Positions 8,564 to 18,537 of a stretch of 38,822 nucleotides of DNA are shown here, in pieces. Numbering within the stretch: the stretch's first letter is position 1; each line of letters begins with the position of its first letter. The position numbers were made by a program, and so were the translations under genes. Below the pieces are notes generated by a model that worked only from the letters and a program-made list of their open reading frames with translations, made no database searches and was not told where the DNA came from. The stretch covers positions 1 to 38,822 of the forward strand of contig CALJEJ010000083.1 in the NCBI GenBank assembly GCA_938074745.1, in the 5' to 3' direction. Origin of the DNA: an uncultured Endomicrobiia bacterium (GTDB lineage Bacteria; Elusimicrobiota; Endomicrobiia; DTEH01).

Positions 8564-9361
8564 TTATTTTTCTAACATCTTCCATTTGGTAAGGTTTGTG
8601 GAAATAAATTCTATTATTTTTTGATGTTCTTGTTTTCCTGTGTCCTTTATAACCAATGGTGGGCCAAATTTTATATAAACCTTTTTATTTTTGTGAATAG
8701 TTCCAAGGTCTTTGATAATTTTGCCAGGTGTCCAAAAATCTGTTTTTAAAGCAATAGGTACTATAGGTACTTTTGCTATTTTAGATAATTTTATTCCTAA
8801 AGTATTAAACTCTGAAGGAACAAATTTTAATGTTCGTGTTTTTTGTGGGAAAATCACGATTGATATCCCTTCTGATAAGAATTTTTTTCCTTCGGATAAC
8901 ACAATTTCAAAATCTTTTCTTGGGTTGTTACGGTCAACAACAATAGGATTTATTTTTTTTAGTAAAGCTCCAAAAATAGGATAGTAAATAAGACTTTTTT
9001 TTACTACAAATGTAATTTTTATCCGTCCTCCTATAATACATGGAAGGATTAAAGTCTCTAATGTACTCATGTGATTACTTATGAACACCACTGGTGGATT
9101 ACATAATTTTATATTTTCTAATCCTGAAATAGAAATTTTACCACCGCACTCTTCCACCAGTTTAAATATCTTATGAGAATATTCTATCCATTTATCATAA
9201 TTATAAGTACCTTTTTTTATCTCAATATATGCTTGAGTTATAATGGCAAAACATTTAGTAAAGAAATACCATTGGGTAGCTAAAAACAGTTTAGTTAGGA
9301 ACTTTTGCGAGGTATTTTCCGGCGTGTTGTACTCTGGTTGTGTGAAATAAGGTGTTTTCAT
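8564..9361 (-). CDS. Lysophospholipid (1-acyl-sn-glycerol-3-phosphate) acyltransferase-like, PlsC family
   Basis: 265 aa. Motif FISNHMSTLE (an H-x4-D/E acyltransferase box variant). VIFPQKTRT and PIVPIAL are consistent with PlsC-type acyltransferases. Confidence 0.6.
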   Translation of the reverse strand: MKTPYFTQPEYNTPENTSQKFLTKLFLATQWYFFTKCFAIITQAYIEIKKGTYNYDKWIEYSHKIFKLVEECGGKISISGLENIKLCNPPVVFISNHMSTLETLILPCIIGGRIKITFVVKKSLIYYPIFGALLKKINPIVVDRNNPRKDFEIVLSEGKKFLSEGISIVIFPQKTRTLKFVPSEFNTLGIKLSKIAKVPIVPIALKTDFWTPGKIIKDLGTIHKNKKVYIKFGPPLVIKDTGKQEHQKIIEFISTNLTKWKMLEK

Positions 9362-9471
9362 AAAAATAAATCCTATAAAATTTTGAAGTTTGTTTTCAAC
9401 ATAATAACTAGATAGGATTAAATTCTAAGTTATTGTATTCTAATTTAACAATTTGGTAAAAAGTATATATT

Positions 9472-10266
9472 ATGAAATTACTATGTGATATAGGTAACAC
9501 ATTTACAACAGTAGCAAAAATTTCCCTTTCAAATAAAGTAAAAATAGAAAAATTTCCTACAAAAAAGTTTTACAGGTTTGTCAAACAATTTCATAATATT
9601 CCAATGTATATTTCCTGTGTAGTCACAGAAATTGAACAAAAATTTGTTAACAATCCGTTTATGAAATTTGTTACATATAAAGATTTAGAAAAAAAGTTTA
9701 AAATTAAATATGACACAAAAAATATCGGTGTGGATAGGTTGTTAAACATTTTTGCAGTGAAACAGTTTGTTGGTGGTGACACTGTAGTAGTTTCTGCAGG
9801 TACTGCTGTGACAATAGATTATTTGAACAAAAACGGTGAATATGTAGGTGGCGAAATTTTTATAGGTATAGGGTCAGCAGTTCAAAGTTTAGCACAACGG
9901 ACATCAAAATTGCCCAACATTTCGTATACGAAATTGCAAAGATTTAAGTATGAAAAAGTTATAGAAGATAAAGATTTAATAGGCAGTGATACTTTTGATT
10001 GTATCATGAAAGGTATGATTAATTTCTATTCCTCAGGAATAAATAATATTCTATCTATAATTAAGCCCAGGAACATCGTTATTACTGGTGGTGATGCTAA
10101 AATTGTTATAAAATTATTACGCAAAATATGCAATAAAAAAATTTGGATGATAGAGAATCTTGTAATTTTAGGGTTGGGATATCTTACAATGAACGATAAA
10201 TTTATTACTGAAGAAGAGTGGTTAAAAATATTCCATTATTTTAAAAACAAAATAATTTGTGTATAA
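9472..10266 (+). CDS. coaX: Type III pantothenate kinase
   Basis: MKLLCDIGNTFTTVA N-terminus (the DxGNT motif) and GIGSAVQSL. 264 aa, as expected for CoaX/Baf. Confidence 0.75.
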   Translation: MKLLCDIGNTFTTVAKISLSNKVKIEKFPTKKFYRFVKQFHNIPMYISCVVTEIEQKFVNNPFMKFVTYKDLEKKFKIKYDTKNIGVDRLLNIFAVKQFVGGDTVVVSAGTAVTIDYLNKNGEYVGGEIFIGIGSAVQSLAQRTSKLPNISYTKLQRFKYEKVIEDKDLIGSDTFDCIMKGMINFYSSGINNILSIIKPRNIVITGGDAKIVIKLLRKICNKKIWMIENLVILGLGYLTMNDKFITEEEWLKIFHYFKNKIICV

Positions 10267-10345
10267 GTTATTGACATTGCAGAAAAAATAATTTATAAAT
10301 AAAGTTTACGAGTTGATTCAAACTTTATCATTAAAGGAGGAGAAG

Positions 10346-11125
10346 ATGAAAAAAAATAAAATTATCTGGTTATTAGTTATATTAGTAACATTCTCCAACA
10401 CAATTTTTTGTGATTTTATAGAGGAAATAAAACAGAATCTGCAACCTGAATATTTAAATCCGTTAGCCAAAGATATAACAGGCATAACCTGTATGAACAT
10501 GTTTACTAATGCTGAAGGTTTAGGTTTGTTTAAAACAATTCCTCCCTCAATAGGATTAAATTTTAGATTATATTTAGGACTTAAAAAAATTTCTTCAGAA
10601 AATATAATCCTTAGTAAATTGGGTGAAAAACAGGGGTATGATTTTATAGGTCTACCTGTAGTACAGTTAGAAAAAGGGTTACCATTTAACATAGATTTCA
10701 TTGTTCGTGGGATGGGCGTCTCAGGAATGACTTTTTACGGGTTTGGTGTAAAATATTGTGTATTTGACAGTATAATTCCCGGAGTGCCGGATATAAGTAT
10801 TGCAGGTGTAATGAATAAATTTATTGCTACAGATGTTTTAAGTTTAGATTCTACTTCGTTGAACATAATTGCATCGGTAGGTTTGCCAGTTATAAAACCT
10901 TACCTAATTGTAGGGATAGATAATGGTAATATGGAAATAAATGATAAACTTCTGGAGGAGCTTGGATTATCTAGTTTAGGTAAACTTACTGGCAAATTTT
11001 CCAGTGGGACAAGAATAGAATTAGGGATAAATTTTTCTTTCTTTCCTGTGGTTTACATAAATTTAGCATATTCAAAAATATATAATGAGGATGGCGCTTC
11101 TGTAAGTATAGGATTAAGTTTTTAA
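10346..11125 (+). CDS. Secreted hypothetical protein, candidate outer-membrane beta-barrel
   Basis: Start moved to the ATG preceded by AAAGGAGGAGAAG. N-terminal signal peptide MKKNKIIWLLVILVTFSNTIFC. The C-terminus ends in alternating hydrophobic residues and a terminal Phe (VSIGLSF), as in Bam-dependent barrels. Confidence 0.4.
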   Translation: MKKNKIIWLLVILVTFSNTIFCDFIEEIKQNLQPEYLNPLAKDITGITCMNMFTNAEGLGLFKTIPPSIGLNFRLYLGLKKISSENIILSKLGEKQGYDFIGLPVVQLEKGLPFNIDFIVRGMGVSGMTFYGFGVKYCVFDSIIPGVPDISIAGVMNKFIATDVLSLDSTSLNIIASVGLPVIKPYLIVGIDNGNMEINDKLLEELGLSSLGKLTGKFSSGTRIELGINFSFFPVVYINLAYSKIYNEDGASVSIGLSF

Positions 11126-11135
11126 ATAATTGTTT

Positions 11136-11732
11136 ATGTCAGAAGTGTTAGTGTTAAACAGACATTTTATACCGGTAAATTTTACTACGTGGCGTCGTGC
11201 TATAGTTCTTTTATATCTTGACCGAGCAAATGTTGTAGATGAAGAATATAGGTTATACAATTTTAATGAGTGGTTTGAACTTTCTCAAGAAATAAATGAC
11301 CATCCTGCAGGTTTTGTTTATACTCCCAGATTTAAAATTGCTATTCCGGAGATAATAGTGTTAAAATTTTATGACAAGATACAGTTTGAACAACCTAAAC
11401 TTACACGAAAAAATATTTATGAACATTATGGTTATAAATGTTGTTATTGTGGCAAAAAATTTGACTCCACACAACTTAATATTGACCATATAATTCCAAG
11501 ATCTAGAGGTGGGAAAACCGAATGGGGTAATATTGTAACCTCTTGTATTAGTTGCAATCTTAAGAAAGGGAATAGAACACCTCAAGAAGCAAAAATGAAA
11601 CTTGTTATTCCACCGTATAAACCCTCTCGCAGGACAAAATTGTCCTTAGTTCTTAACACTAATTTTAAGTTACATTCTTCATGGCAGAAATTTGTTGACA
11701 ACTTGTACTGGAACACTGAAGTAGAACAGTAG
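11136..11732 (+). CDS. HNH endonuclease (McrA-like stand-alone HNH family)
   Basis: The track ORF starts at a TTG at 11130. The ATG is at 11136. C-terminal CCYCGKKFDSTQLNIDHIIPRSRGGKTEWGNIVTSCISCNLKKGN is the HNH/zinc-finger motif. N-terminal VLVLNRHFIPV...WRRAIVLL domain is typical of this family. Confidence 0.7.
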   Translation: MSEVLVLNRHFIPVNFTTWRRAIVLLYLDRANVVDEEYRLYNFNEWFELSQEINDHPAGFVYTPRFKIAIPEIIVLKFYDKIQFEQPKLTRKNIYEHYGYKCCYCGKKFDSTQLNIDHIIPRSRGGKTEWGNIVTSCISCNLKKGNRTPQEAKMKLVIPPYKPSRRTKLSLVLNTNFKLHSSWQKFVDNLYWNTEVEQ

Positions 11733-11777
11733 AAATAAACTTTTATCCTAATACACAATTTATGGGAGGAGAAAAAT

Positions 11778-12653
11778 ATGCCAGCAGGAGTAACAATAAT
11801 TTTGGTAGTGTTTGCAATAATATATTTATTTCGTGCAGTGAAAGTTATAAAACAATATGAACGTGGGTTAGTAGAAACATTAGGTAAATATACAAAAACA
11901 GTTGAACCTGGGCTAGTGGTAATTTTTCCGCCATTACAACGTATCAGAATTGTAGATATGAGAGAACAAGTTATTGATGTTCCACCACAAGATGTTATTA
12001 CAAAAGACAATGTAGTAGTAACTGTAGATGCAGTGATATATTTTCAGGTAACTGACCCAGTAAAAGTTGTCTACGAAGTATCAAACTTTTCTTTAGCATC
12101 GTTAAAACTTGCCCAAACTAACCTTAGAAATGTTATAGGTGATATGGAACTTGACCAGACACTTACAAGTAGAGAAAAAATTAATTTTCAACTAAGGCAG
12201 GTGTTGGATGAAGCGACTGATAAATGGGGGGTAAAAATTACTCGTGTAGAAATACAAAAAATTGACCCACCTAAAGATATTACAGACGCTATGAGTAAAC
12301 AAATGAAAGCAGAACGAGAAAAACGTGCTATGATACTTGAAGCAGAAGGAGTTCGCCAAGCTGCTATACTTAAAGCAGAAGGGGAAAAACAAGCTGCTAT
12401 ACTTACCGCTGAAGGTAAAGCAGAAGCTATAAAAAAAGTTGCTGATGCAGAAAAATATCAAATTGAGACTGTGTTTAACGCTATTCATACAGGGAGACCT
12501 ACAAATGACCTCATAGCAATAAAATATCTTGAGACATTACAAAAAATTGCTGATGGTAAAGCAACAAAAATTTTTATACCAATGGAGATGTCTGGAATAT
12601 TAAGTACAATAGCTGGAATTAAAGAAATTTTATCTAAAGAAAAAGAAGAATAA
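11778..12653 (+). CDS. SPFH/band-7 (stomatin/prohibitin-like) membrane protein
   Basis: N-terminal TM segment, then the SPFH core (ITKDNVVVTVDAVIYFQVTDP). C-terminal AEG-x-QAAIL tandem repeats. SD GGGAGGAG upstream. Confidence 0.8.
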   Translation: MPAGVTIILVVFAIIYLFRAVKVIKQYERGLVETLGKYTKTVEPGLVVIFPPLQRIRIVDMREQVIDVPPQDVITKDNVVVTVDAVIYFQVTDPVKVVYEVSNFSLASLKLAQTNLRNVIGDMELDQTLTSREKINFQLRQVLDEATDKWGVKITRVEIQKIDPPKDITDAMSKQMKAEREKRAMILEAEGVRQAAILKAEGEKQAAILTAEGKAEAIKKVADAEKYQIETVFNAIHTGRPTNDLIAIKYLETLQKIADGKATKIFIPMEMSGILSTIAGIKEILSKEKEE

Positions 12654-12677
12654 CTTTCCCTAAGGAGGATTATATCA

Positions 12678-13952
12678 ATGGTTATAGATGAGGAAGAAAT
12701 CAGTATTGCTGATATAGTAAATTTTTTTTATAAATACGCACGGTTTATTATAATATTTAGTGTGACAGTAACGTTATTTACATTTGTTCTATTGTTAACT
12801 TTAAGTAAGAAGTTATACATTGCAGAATCAGGGTTGATTGTTTTAGGGACCAAACCTGAGGTAACTTTTGAACCTAAAATACAGATTAAAGAAGTTAGTG
12901 AATCAATAATTCAACGGTTTGAAGATAGAAAAAAATCTATTCAGGAACTTATCAAGACACCTACAGTAATTGAACCTGTAATATCAAAAGCAGTAGAATT
13001 AAATCTTATTAATAAAAATGAGTTTACTTATTTAGACTTTGTAAACGGAAATATTGTAGAAGTGAAACCTGCAGGTGAATTTATTAAGATAAAAGCAACT
13101 ATGAAAACACCAGAATTAGCACAGTTTTTTGCTAACGAAATTGCAAAATCTGCAGTTTACCAGGTTAACAATTTATTTTTTTATGACATACCTAAACAAA
13201 TATTAGATGCAAAACTTTTAGAAGTTAGACAAAAATATACTGAAGCAGTAAAAAAATATACGGAATATATTCAAACTAATCCTGTGATGGAACTCCTTAG
13301 AGAGAAAACAAGATTACAAAGTTTATACAACTATTACAACGAAAGTATTAATTCAATAGAAAGGAATATCTGGACTGCTAAAAATTTAAAAGAACAACTA
13401 CAGAAAGGCAGTGTTTCTACAGTAGGCGAACTGGGCAATGCTATTGCTTTGTTACGTTATAACGCAAGTATTTTTGCTGGCGATAGTGAGTTACCGTTTA
13501 AGTTTGAATTTTCGTCACAAGATACTACAAAAATTACTGGTGCACAGATAAATTCTGCTGTTGAAGATATTGACAATATAATTTCTATTTTACAAAAACG
13601 TAAATCAGAATTTGAAAAAGAATTAAAAGAACAAAGGTTTGAACAAAAAATACAAGAATTGGAGACAAAAATTGAAAAAGAAAAAGTTAAAGAACGAGAA
13701 TTGGTAAAAACCCGTGACCTTGCCTGGGAAGCAATGGTAGCTTTGGAACGGAAAAAAGAAGAACTTGATATAAGCGAAGGTATAACTGAAAATATTTTAG
13801 TAAAAATTGCATATCTTAGCGAACTACCTTTAGTCCCAAAACGAAGATATATTTTAAGAAACACGATGATCAGTTTAGTGTTAAGTTTTATGGTAAGTAC
13901 CGTGTTGTGTTTATTAAAAGAAGGGTATGAAAAAAGCAAACTGAAACAGTAA
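12678..13952 (+). CDS. Bitopic coiled-coil membrane protein, probable polysaccharide chain-length determinant (Wzz/PCP-like)
   Basis: N-terminus EEEISIADIVNFFYKYARFIIIFSVTVTLF resembles the Wzz N-terminal motif plus TM1. A long E/K-rich coiled-coil region follows, then a C-terminal TM (LPLVPKRRYILRNTMISLVLSFMVSTVLCLL). It sits directly upstream of ugd and uxs. Confidence 0.45.
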   Translation: MVIDEEEISIADIVNFFYKYARFIIIFSVTVTLFTFVLLLTLSKKLYIAESGLIVLGTKPEVTFEPKIQIKEVSESIIQRFEDRKKSIQELIKTPTVIEPVISKAVELNLINKNEFTYLDFVNGNIVEVKPAGEFIKIKATMKTPELAQFFANEIAKSAVYQVNNLFFYDIPKQILDAKLLEVRQKYTEAVKKYTEYIQTNPVMELLREKTRLQSLYNYYNESINSIERNIWTAKNLKEQLQKGSVSTVGELGNAIALLRYNASIFAGDSELPFKFEFSSQDTTKITGAQINSAVEDIDNIISILQKRKSEFEKELKEQRFEQKIQELETKIEKEKVKERELVKTRDLAWEAMVALERKKEELDISEGITENILVKIAYLSELPLVPKRRYILRNTMISLVLSFMVSTVLCLLKEGYEKSKLKQ

Positions 13953-14018
13953 AGTTTTTTATCTTACCTTTAGTAAAAAATGAAAAAGAGTAGAATACGA
14001 GTAGTAGAAAGATAAATT

Positions 14019-15302
14019 ATGCAAATTTCTATAATTGGTACAGGATATGTTGGATTAACCACAGGTGTATGTTTAGCAGAGTTAGGTCATAAAGTCCTTT
14101 GTGTAGATAACGACGAAGAAAAAATTAAGAAGTTGGTTTCTGGTATTATACCAATTTATGAACCTGGATTGGATAAACTTATTAAAAAAAATGCTAAAAG
14201 AATAAAATTTTCCTCACAGATAAAAGATGCAGTAAAATATGGCGAAGTAATTTTCATTGCTGTAGGTACACCGTCTAACCCTGATGGTTCACCTGATTTA
14301 AGTTATATAGAAAATGTTGCACGAGAAATTGCAAAATGGTTGGACGAATATAAAGTTATTGTAGAAAAATCTACAGTTCCTGTAGAAACTGCACAGTGGA
14401 TTAAAAAGACAATTGATAAATATAAAAAAAACAATGTAGAATTTGATGTTGTATCAAACCCAGAATTTTTAAGAGAAGGTACTGCAGTGAACGATTTTCT
14501 TCATCCGGATAGAATTGTCCTTGGAGTGGAGTCAAAACGTGCTGAAAAAATTATGTTAAAAGTTTACCAGAAGATAAAATCGCCTAAAATTGTCGTGGAT
14601 ACAAAAAGTGCTGAACTTATAAAACATGCGTCAAACTCGTTTTTAGCCACGAAAATATCGTTTATTAACGCTGTGGCGAACATTTGTGAACTTACTGGCG
14701 CAGATATAGAAAAAGTTGCTTTAGGTATGGGTTTGGATAAGAGAATCGGGAAAGAATTTCTTAAAGCTGGGATTGGTTATGGTGGGTCTTGTTTTCCTAA
14801 AGATGTAGACGCATTTATTTGGATTGCAGAAAAAGTAGGTTATAATTTTGGTATTCTCAAAGAAGTAAAAAAAGTTAATCAACACCAAATTGAGTTGTTC
14901 ATAAAAAAAGTTGAAGATACATTGTGGATATTAAAAGATAAGACTATAGGTATACTAGGTTTATCATTTAAACCTAATACTGATGATATTCGAGAGTCGC
15001 CTGCTATTAAAGTTATTACTGTGTTGAAACAAAAAGGTGCAAAAATAAAAGCATACGACCCCAAAGCTGTTGAAAAAATGAAACAAATTTTCCCTGACAT
15101 AGAATATTGTAGGTCAGTATATGATACTGCAAAAAATTGTGATTGTTTACTTATTCTTACTGAATGGGATGAGTTTAAGAAAATGGATTTGAAGAGAATC
15201 AAGCAACTAATGGTTCATCCTACAATTATTGATGGACGAAATATTTTTGAACCCCAAAAAATTACAAAGTTAGGGTTTATATACAAGAGCATAGGAAGAT
15301 AA
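14019..15302 (+). CDS. ugd: UDP-glucose 6-dehydrogenase
   Basis: MQISIIGTGYVGLTTGVCLA (Rossmann fold). Catalytic GYGGSCFPKD motif. 427 aa. Confidence 0.85.
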   Translation: MQISIIGTGYVGLTTGVCLAELGHKVLCVDNDEEKIKKLVSGIIPIYEPGLDKLIKKNAKRIKFSSQIKDAVKYGEVIFIAVGTPSNPDGSPDLSYIENVAREIAKWLDEYKVIVEKSTVPVETAQWIKKTIDKYKKNNVEFDVVSNPEFLREGTAVNDFLHPDRIVLGVESKRAEKIMLKVYQKIKSPKIVVDTKSAELIKHASNSFLATKISFINAVANICELTGADIEKVALGMGLDKRIGKEFLKAGIGYGGSCFPKDVDAFIWIAEKVGYNFGILKEVKKVNQHQIELFIKKVEDTLWILKDKTIGILGLSFKPNTDDIRESPAIKVITVLKQKGAKIKAYDPKAVEKMKQIFPDIEYCRSVYDTAKNCDCLLILTEWDEFKKMDLKRIKQLMVHPTIIDGRNIFEPQKITKLGFIYKSIGR

Positions 15303-15321
15303 TAGGAAAGGGAATATATAA

Positions 15322-16251
15322 ATGAGAATTGTAATAACAGGTGGTGCAGGGTTTATAGGTTCACATTTGTGTGATTATTTTATTTCTAAAGGTCATCATG
15401 TAGTTTGTGTTGACAACTTGATTACTGGAAATATAAAAAATATTGAACATTTGTTCGGTAACGAAAAGTTTTTGTTTATAAAACATGATGTGACAAATTA
15501 CATTCATATTCCTGGGAAGGTTGATGCTGTGTTACATTTTGCTTCTCCGGCATCGCCTGCGGATTATTTAAAATATCCTATTCAAACACTAAAAGTAGGC
15601 GCTTTGGGAACACATAAAGCGTTAGGGTTGGCTAAGGAAAAAAATGCTATTTTTATGTTAGCCTCAACTTCTGAAGTGTATGGTGATCCTGAAGTTTCGC
15701 CACAAAGTGAAACTTACCATGGTTCAGTTAATCCTGTAGGACCTCGTGGAGTGTATGACGAAGCAAAACGGTTTGCTGAAGCAATGACTATGGCATATCA
15801 TAGATATCATAAAGTTTCAGTAAGGATTGTTCGTATATTTAACACTTATGGACCGAGGATGCGACTTAACGACGGTAGGGTTGTGCCTAATTTCATTTAT
15901 CAAGCATTGACAAACAAACCGTTAACAGTTTATGGTGATGGAGAACAAACACGTTCATTTTGTTATATTTCAGATTTAGTAGAAGGAATTTACAAATTGT
16001 TATTAAAAAATCTCCCTGAACCGATTAATTTAGGCAATCCTGAAGAAATGAAAATTATAGATTTTGCGAGATTGATTAAAAAAATTACCAAAAGTAAAAG
16101 TAAAATAGTATTTAAACCACTGCCACAAGATGACCCACGACAAAGAAAACCTGATATTACAAAAGCAAAAGAACTGTTACAGTGGACTCCAAAAGTTTCG
16201 TTAGAAGACGGGTTGAAAGAAACAATAAAATATTTTAAAAAAATTCTTTAA
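15322..16251 (+). CDS. uxs: UDP-glucuronate decarboxylase (UDP-xylose synthase), short-chain dehydrogenase/reductase-type NAD-dependent epimerase/dehydratase
   Basis: [18 protein letters not shown], and a YDEAKR catalytic Y-x3-K. 309 aa. Adjacent to ugd. Confidence 0.7.
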   Translation: MRIVITGGAGFIGSHLCDYFISKGHHVVCVDNLITGNIKNIEHLFGNEKFLFIKHDVTNYIHIPGKVDAVLHFASPASPADYLKYPIQTLKVGALGTHKALGLAKEKNAIFMLASTSEVYGDPEVSPQSETYHGSVNPVGPRGVYDEAKRFAEAMTMAYHRYHKVSVRIVRIFNTYGPRMRLNDGRVVPNFIYQALTNKPLTVYGDGEQTRSFCYISDLVEGIYKLLLKNLPEPINLGNPEEMKIIDFARLIKKITKSKSKIVFKPLPQDDPRQRKPDITKAKELLQWTPKVSLEDGLKETIKYFKKIL

Positions 16252-16253
16252 TT

Positions 16254-17684
16254 CTATCCAATAGTTAATTTTTGAACTATACTTTGAGCAGCTTTTTTAC
16301 CCATACCCATTGCTTCAATAACAGTTCCTTCTCCACCTACAACATCGCCACCTGCGTAAACATTCGGTATTGAAGTTTCCATTGTTTCAGGGTTTACTAT
16401 TATATCACCGTCTTGAGTAGTTTTCAATTCAGGCAAAGTGGACAACAAAATTTGGTTTGCTTTTAATCCTATAGCGATTATTACTAAATCAGTTTCTATT
16501 TCAAATTCAGAACCTTTTATAGGGACAGGCCGTCTCCGACCTGAAGAATCAGGTTCGCCTAAAGTACATTGTAAACATAAAACACTTTTTACATATCCTC
16601 GAGTGTCACCACTAAATTTTACTGGTTGGACAAGGAACTTAAATTCAACACCTTCTTGTTTTGCATGGTCAATTTCTACTTTTCTTGCAGGCATTTCTTC
16701 TTGTGTTCTTCTGTATAAAATAGTTACTTTTCCGTTTATACCTTTAATTTTTTGCATTCGTAACGCTACTCGTGCAGCGTCCATTGCAGTATTACCGCCA
16801 CCAATCACAGTGACATTTTTACCTACATTTATAGGTGTATGAAATTCAGGAAATTTATCTGAATGCATTAAATTTACTCGTGTTAAATATTCGTTTGCAG
16901 AATAAATATTGCATAAACTTTCTCCTTCAATGTTTAACCATGTAGGTGCACCTGCACCTGTGCCAATAAAAATTGAATTATATTGTTTTTGTAATTCCCT
17001 AAAAGGCAGAGTTTTACCTACACTTACTCCAGTGTAAAAAGTTACATTATAATTTTTTAATAAATTTATCTCGTAGTATAACACATCTCGGGGTAACCTA
17101 AATGGTGGAATACCATAAATTAATACTCCACCTAATAAATGTAGTGCTTCATATATATCAACTTTCACACCTAACCGTGCAAGTTCACCTGCTACACACA
17201 ACCCTGCAGGTCCTGAACCTATCACTGCGACTTTTGTATTTATTAATTTAGGGTTAGTTTTTATCTTTTCGGTAAGATTTAATGCAAGATTATGTTTCCT
17301 TGCGTAATCACCTACAAACCGTTCTAACAAGGGAATATTTATAGCATTTTCTTCTGCTACGTTACGGTCTTTAGGTGTGAATACACAAGTTTTTCTACAT
17401 TGATATTCTGCAGGACATACTCTGCCACAAATTGATGGGAAATTATTTTTTTCTGAGATTGTATAGTAGGCAGAAGGATAATCTTTTTGTGTAATATACC
17501 AAATAAACTTTTTTATATCAATTCCTACAGGACAGCCAGAAATACATTTTGGGTTTTTACATTGGATACATCGTGAAGCTTCTTCTAAGGCTTGTTCTTC
17601 CGTATATCCACAAACAACTTCGTCAAAATTATATATTCTTTGTTCAACGGAAATTTCTTTTGGTTGTATAAGCGGTTTCTTCAT
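16254..17684 (-). CDS. GltD-like NADPH-dependent oxidoreductase (glutamate synthase small-subunit homologue / NfnB-SudA-like)
   Basis: 476 aa. N-terminal Cys clusters (CIQCKNPKCISGCP ... CGRVCP). Two dinucleotide-binding motifs (VAVIGSGPAGL, VTVIGGGNTAMD). Confidence 0.8.
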   Translation of the reverse strand: MKKPLIQPKEISVEQRIYNFDEVVCGYTEEQALEEASRCIQCKNPKCISGCPVGIDIKKFIWYITQKDYPSAYYTISEKNNFPSICGRVCPAEYQCRKTCVFTPKDRNVAEENAINIPLLERFVGDYARKHNLALNLTEKIKTNPKLINTKVAVIGSGPAGLCVAGELARLGVKVDIYEALHLLGGVLIYGIPPFRLPRDVLYYEINLLKNYNVTFYTGVSVGKTLPFRELQKQYNSIFIGTGAGAPTWLNIEGESLCNIYSANEYLTRVNLMHSDKFPEFHTPINVGKNVTVIGGGNTAMDAARVALRMQKIKGINGKVTILYRRTQEEMPARKVEIDHAKQEGVEFKFLVQPVKFSGDTRGYVKSVLCLQCTLGEPDSSGRRRPVPIKGSEFEIETDLVIIAIGLKANQILLSTLPELKTTQDGDIIVNPETMETSIPNVYAGGDVVGGEGTVIEAMGMGKKAAQSIVQKLTIG

Positions 17685-18532
17685 AATTTATACCATTCTA
17701 ATATTTCTTTCTCTTGAGATATATAAATATTGTTTCGTTTTATTAGTTCTTCCCAGTCAACTTTGTGTGCATCAAATTCAGGACCGTCACAACAAACAAG
17801 TTTTATTTTCCCTTCTATAGTAACTCTACACGAACCACACATACCAGTACCATCTACCATGATAGTATTTAGTGACACAATAGTTTGTATTCCGAAAGGT
17901 TTTGTTACTTCTGCTACAGCGCGCATCATTACTATAGGTCCTACTGCATAAACTAAGTTAGGCTGTTCATTTTGTGTTAACAATTTTTTTAACACATCTG
18001 TCACCACACCTTTTTCTCCATATGAACCATCGTCTGTAGTAACATATACTTCATCAGATACTTTTCGCAATTCGGGTTCTAACAATACTAAATTTTTAGT
18101 TCTTGCACCTAAAATAGTAATAATTTTGTTCCCTACAGATTTTAACGATTTTGCTACAGGATAGATTTCTGCTGCGCCAACACCACCACCGATAATTATT
18201 ACTTTACCAAAATTTTTTATTTCGGTAGGTTTACCTAAAGGACCTAATAAATGGTAAATATTTTGTTGAGGGGATAAGTTTCCAAGAAGTTTCGTAGTGT
18301 AACCAATTTCTTGAAAAATTATTGTTATTGTACCTCGAGTAGTATCAGTATCTACTATAGTTAAAGGTATACGTTCGCCATTTTGTGTTACCATTAAAAT
18401 AACAAACTGTCCGGGGAGATAATTTTTTGCTATAATAGGTGCTAAAAGTTCTAATTTTATAATTCTAATTTTTCCATCAGTTGCAAGAATAGACTTTGAA
18501 ATTATCTTATGCTCAATAGCAAGTTCTTCCAT
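17681..18532 (-). CDS. PyrK-like FAD/[2Fe-2S] electron-transfer subunit (NfnA/SudB-like)
   Basis: 283 aa. Ferredoxin-reductase-type FAD/NAD-binding fold. C-terminal Cys cluster GMCGSCRV...CCDGP. A 4-nt overlap with the GltD-like gene downstream. Confidence 0.7.
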   Translation of the reverse strand: MEELAIEHKIISKSILATDGKIRIIKLELLAPIIAKNYLPGQFVILMVTQNGERIPLTIVDTDTTRGTITIIFQEIGYTTKLLGNLSPQQNIYHLLGPLGKPTEIKNFGKVIIIGGGVGAAEIYPVAKSLKSVGNKIITILGARTKNLVLLEPELRKVSDEVYVTTDDGSYGEKGVVTDVLKKLLTQNEQPNLVYAVGPIVMMRAVAEVTKPFGIQTIVSLNTIMVDGTGMCGSCRVTIEGKIKLVCCDGPEFDAHKVDWEELIKRNNIYISQEKEILEWYKL

Positions 18533-18537
18533 GATAA

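Noticed and set aside
10318-10701. 127-aa minus-strand ORF antisense to the outer-membrane-like gene
   Set aside because: It is fully antisense to a gene that has a strong SD and signal peptide, and it has no start context of its own. The other short antisense ORFs in the track (16438-16842, 18626-18997, 23276-23488, 31672-31974 and others) are treated the same way.
11136-11732. HNH endonuclease as a mobile (homing) element or remnant restriction system
   Set aside because: No flanking repeats, no partner methyltransferase or restriction subunit, and no compositional break. The N-terminal domain matches the widespread stand-alone McrA-like family. It is kept only as a context observation.
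11582-12010. 142-aa minus-strand ORF spanning the HNH/SPFH junction
   Set aside because: It overlaps two well-supported + strand genes and their SD/intergenic region. It has no recognisable motif or RBS, and is Cys/Ser/Thr-rich low complexity.
12192-12488. 98-aa minus-strand ORF and apparent tandem DNA repeats inside the SPFH gene
   Set aside because: The repeats (GAAGCAGAAGG...CAAGCTGCTATACTTA ×2–3) encode the normal AEG-x-QAAIL C-terminal repeats of SPFH/HflK-like proteins. The antisense ORF is a by-product of that repetitive, stop-poor sequence.
13457-13939. 160-aa minus-strand ORF antisense to the Wzz-like gene
   Set aside because: Its translation is Phe/Ser/Leu-rich low complexity. That is the mirror image of the E/K-rich coiled-coil codons (GAA/AAA read on the other strand as TTC/TTT). 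It has no SD or promoter space and is fully embedded in a better-supported gene.
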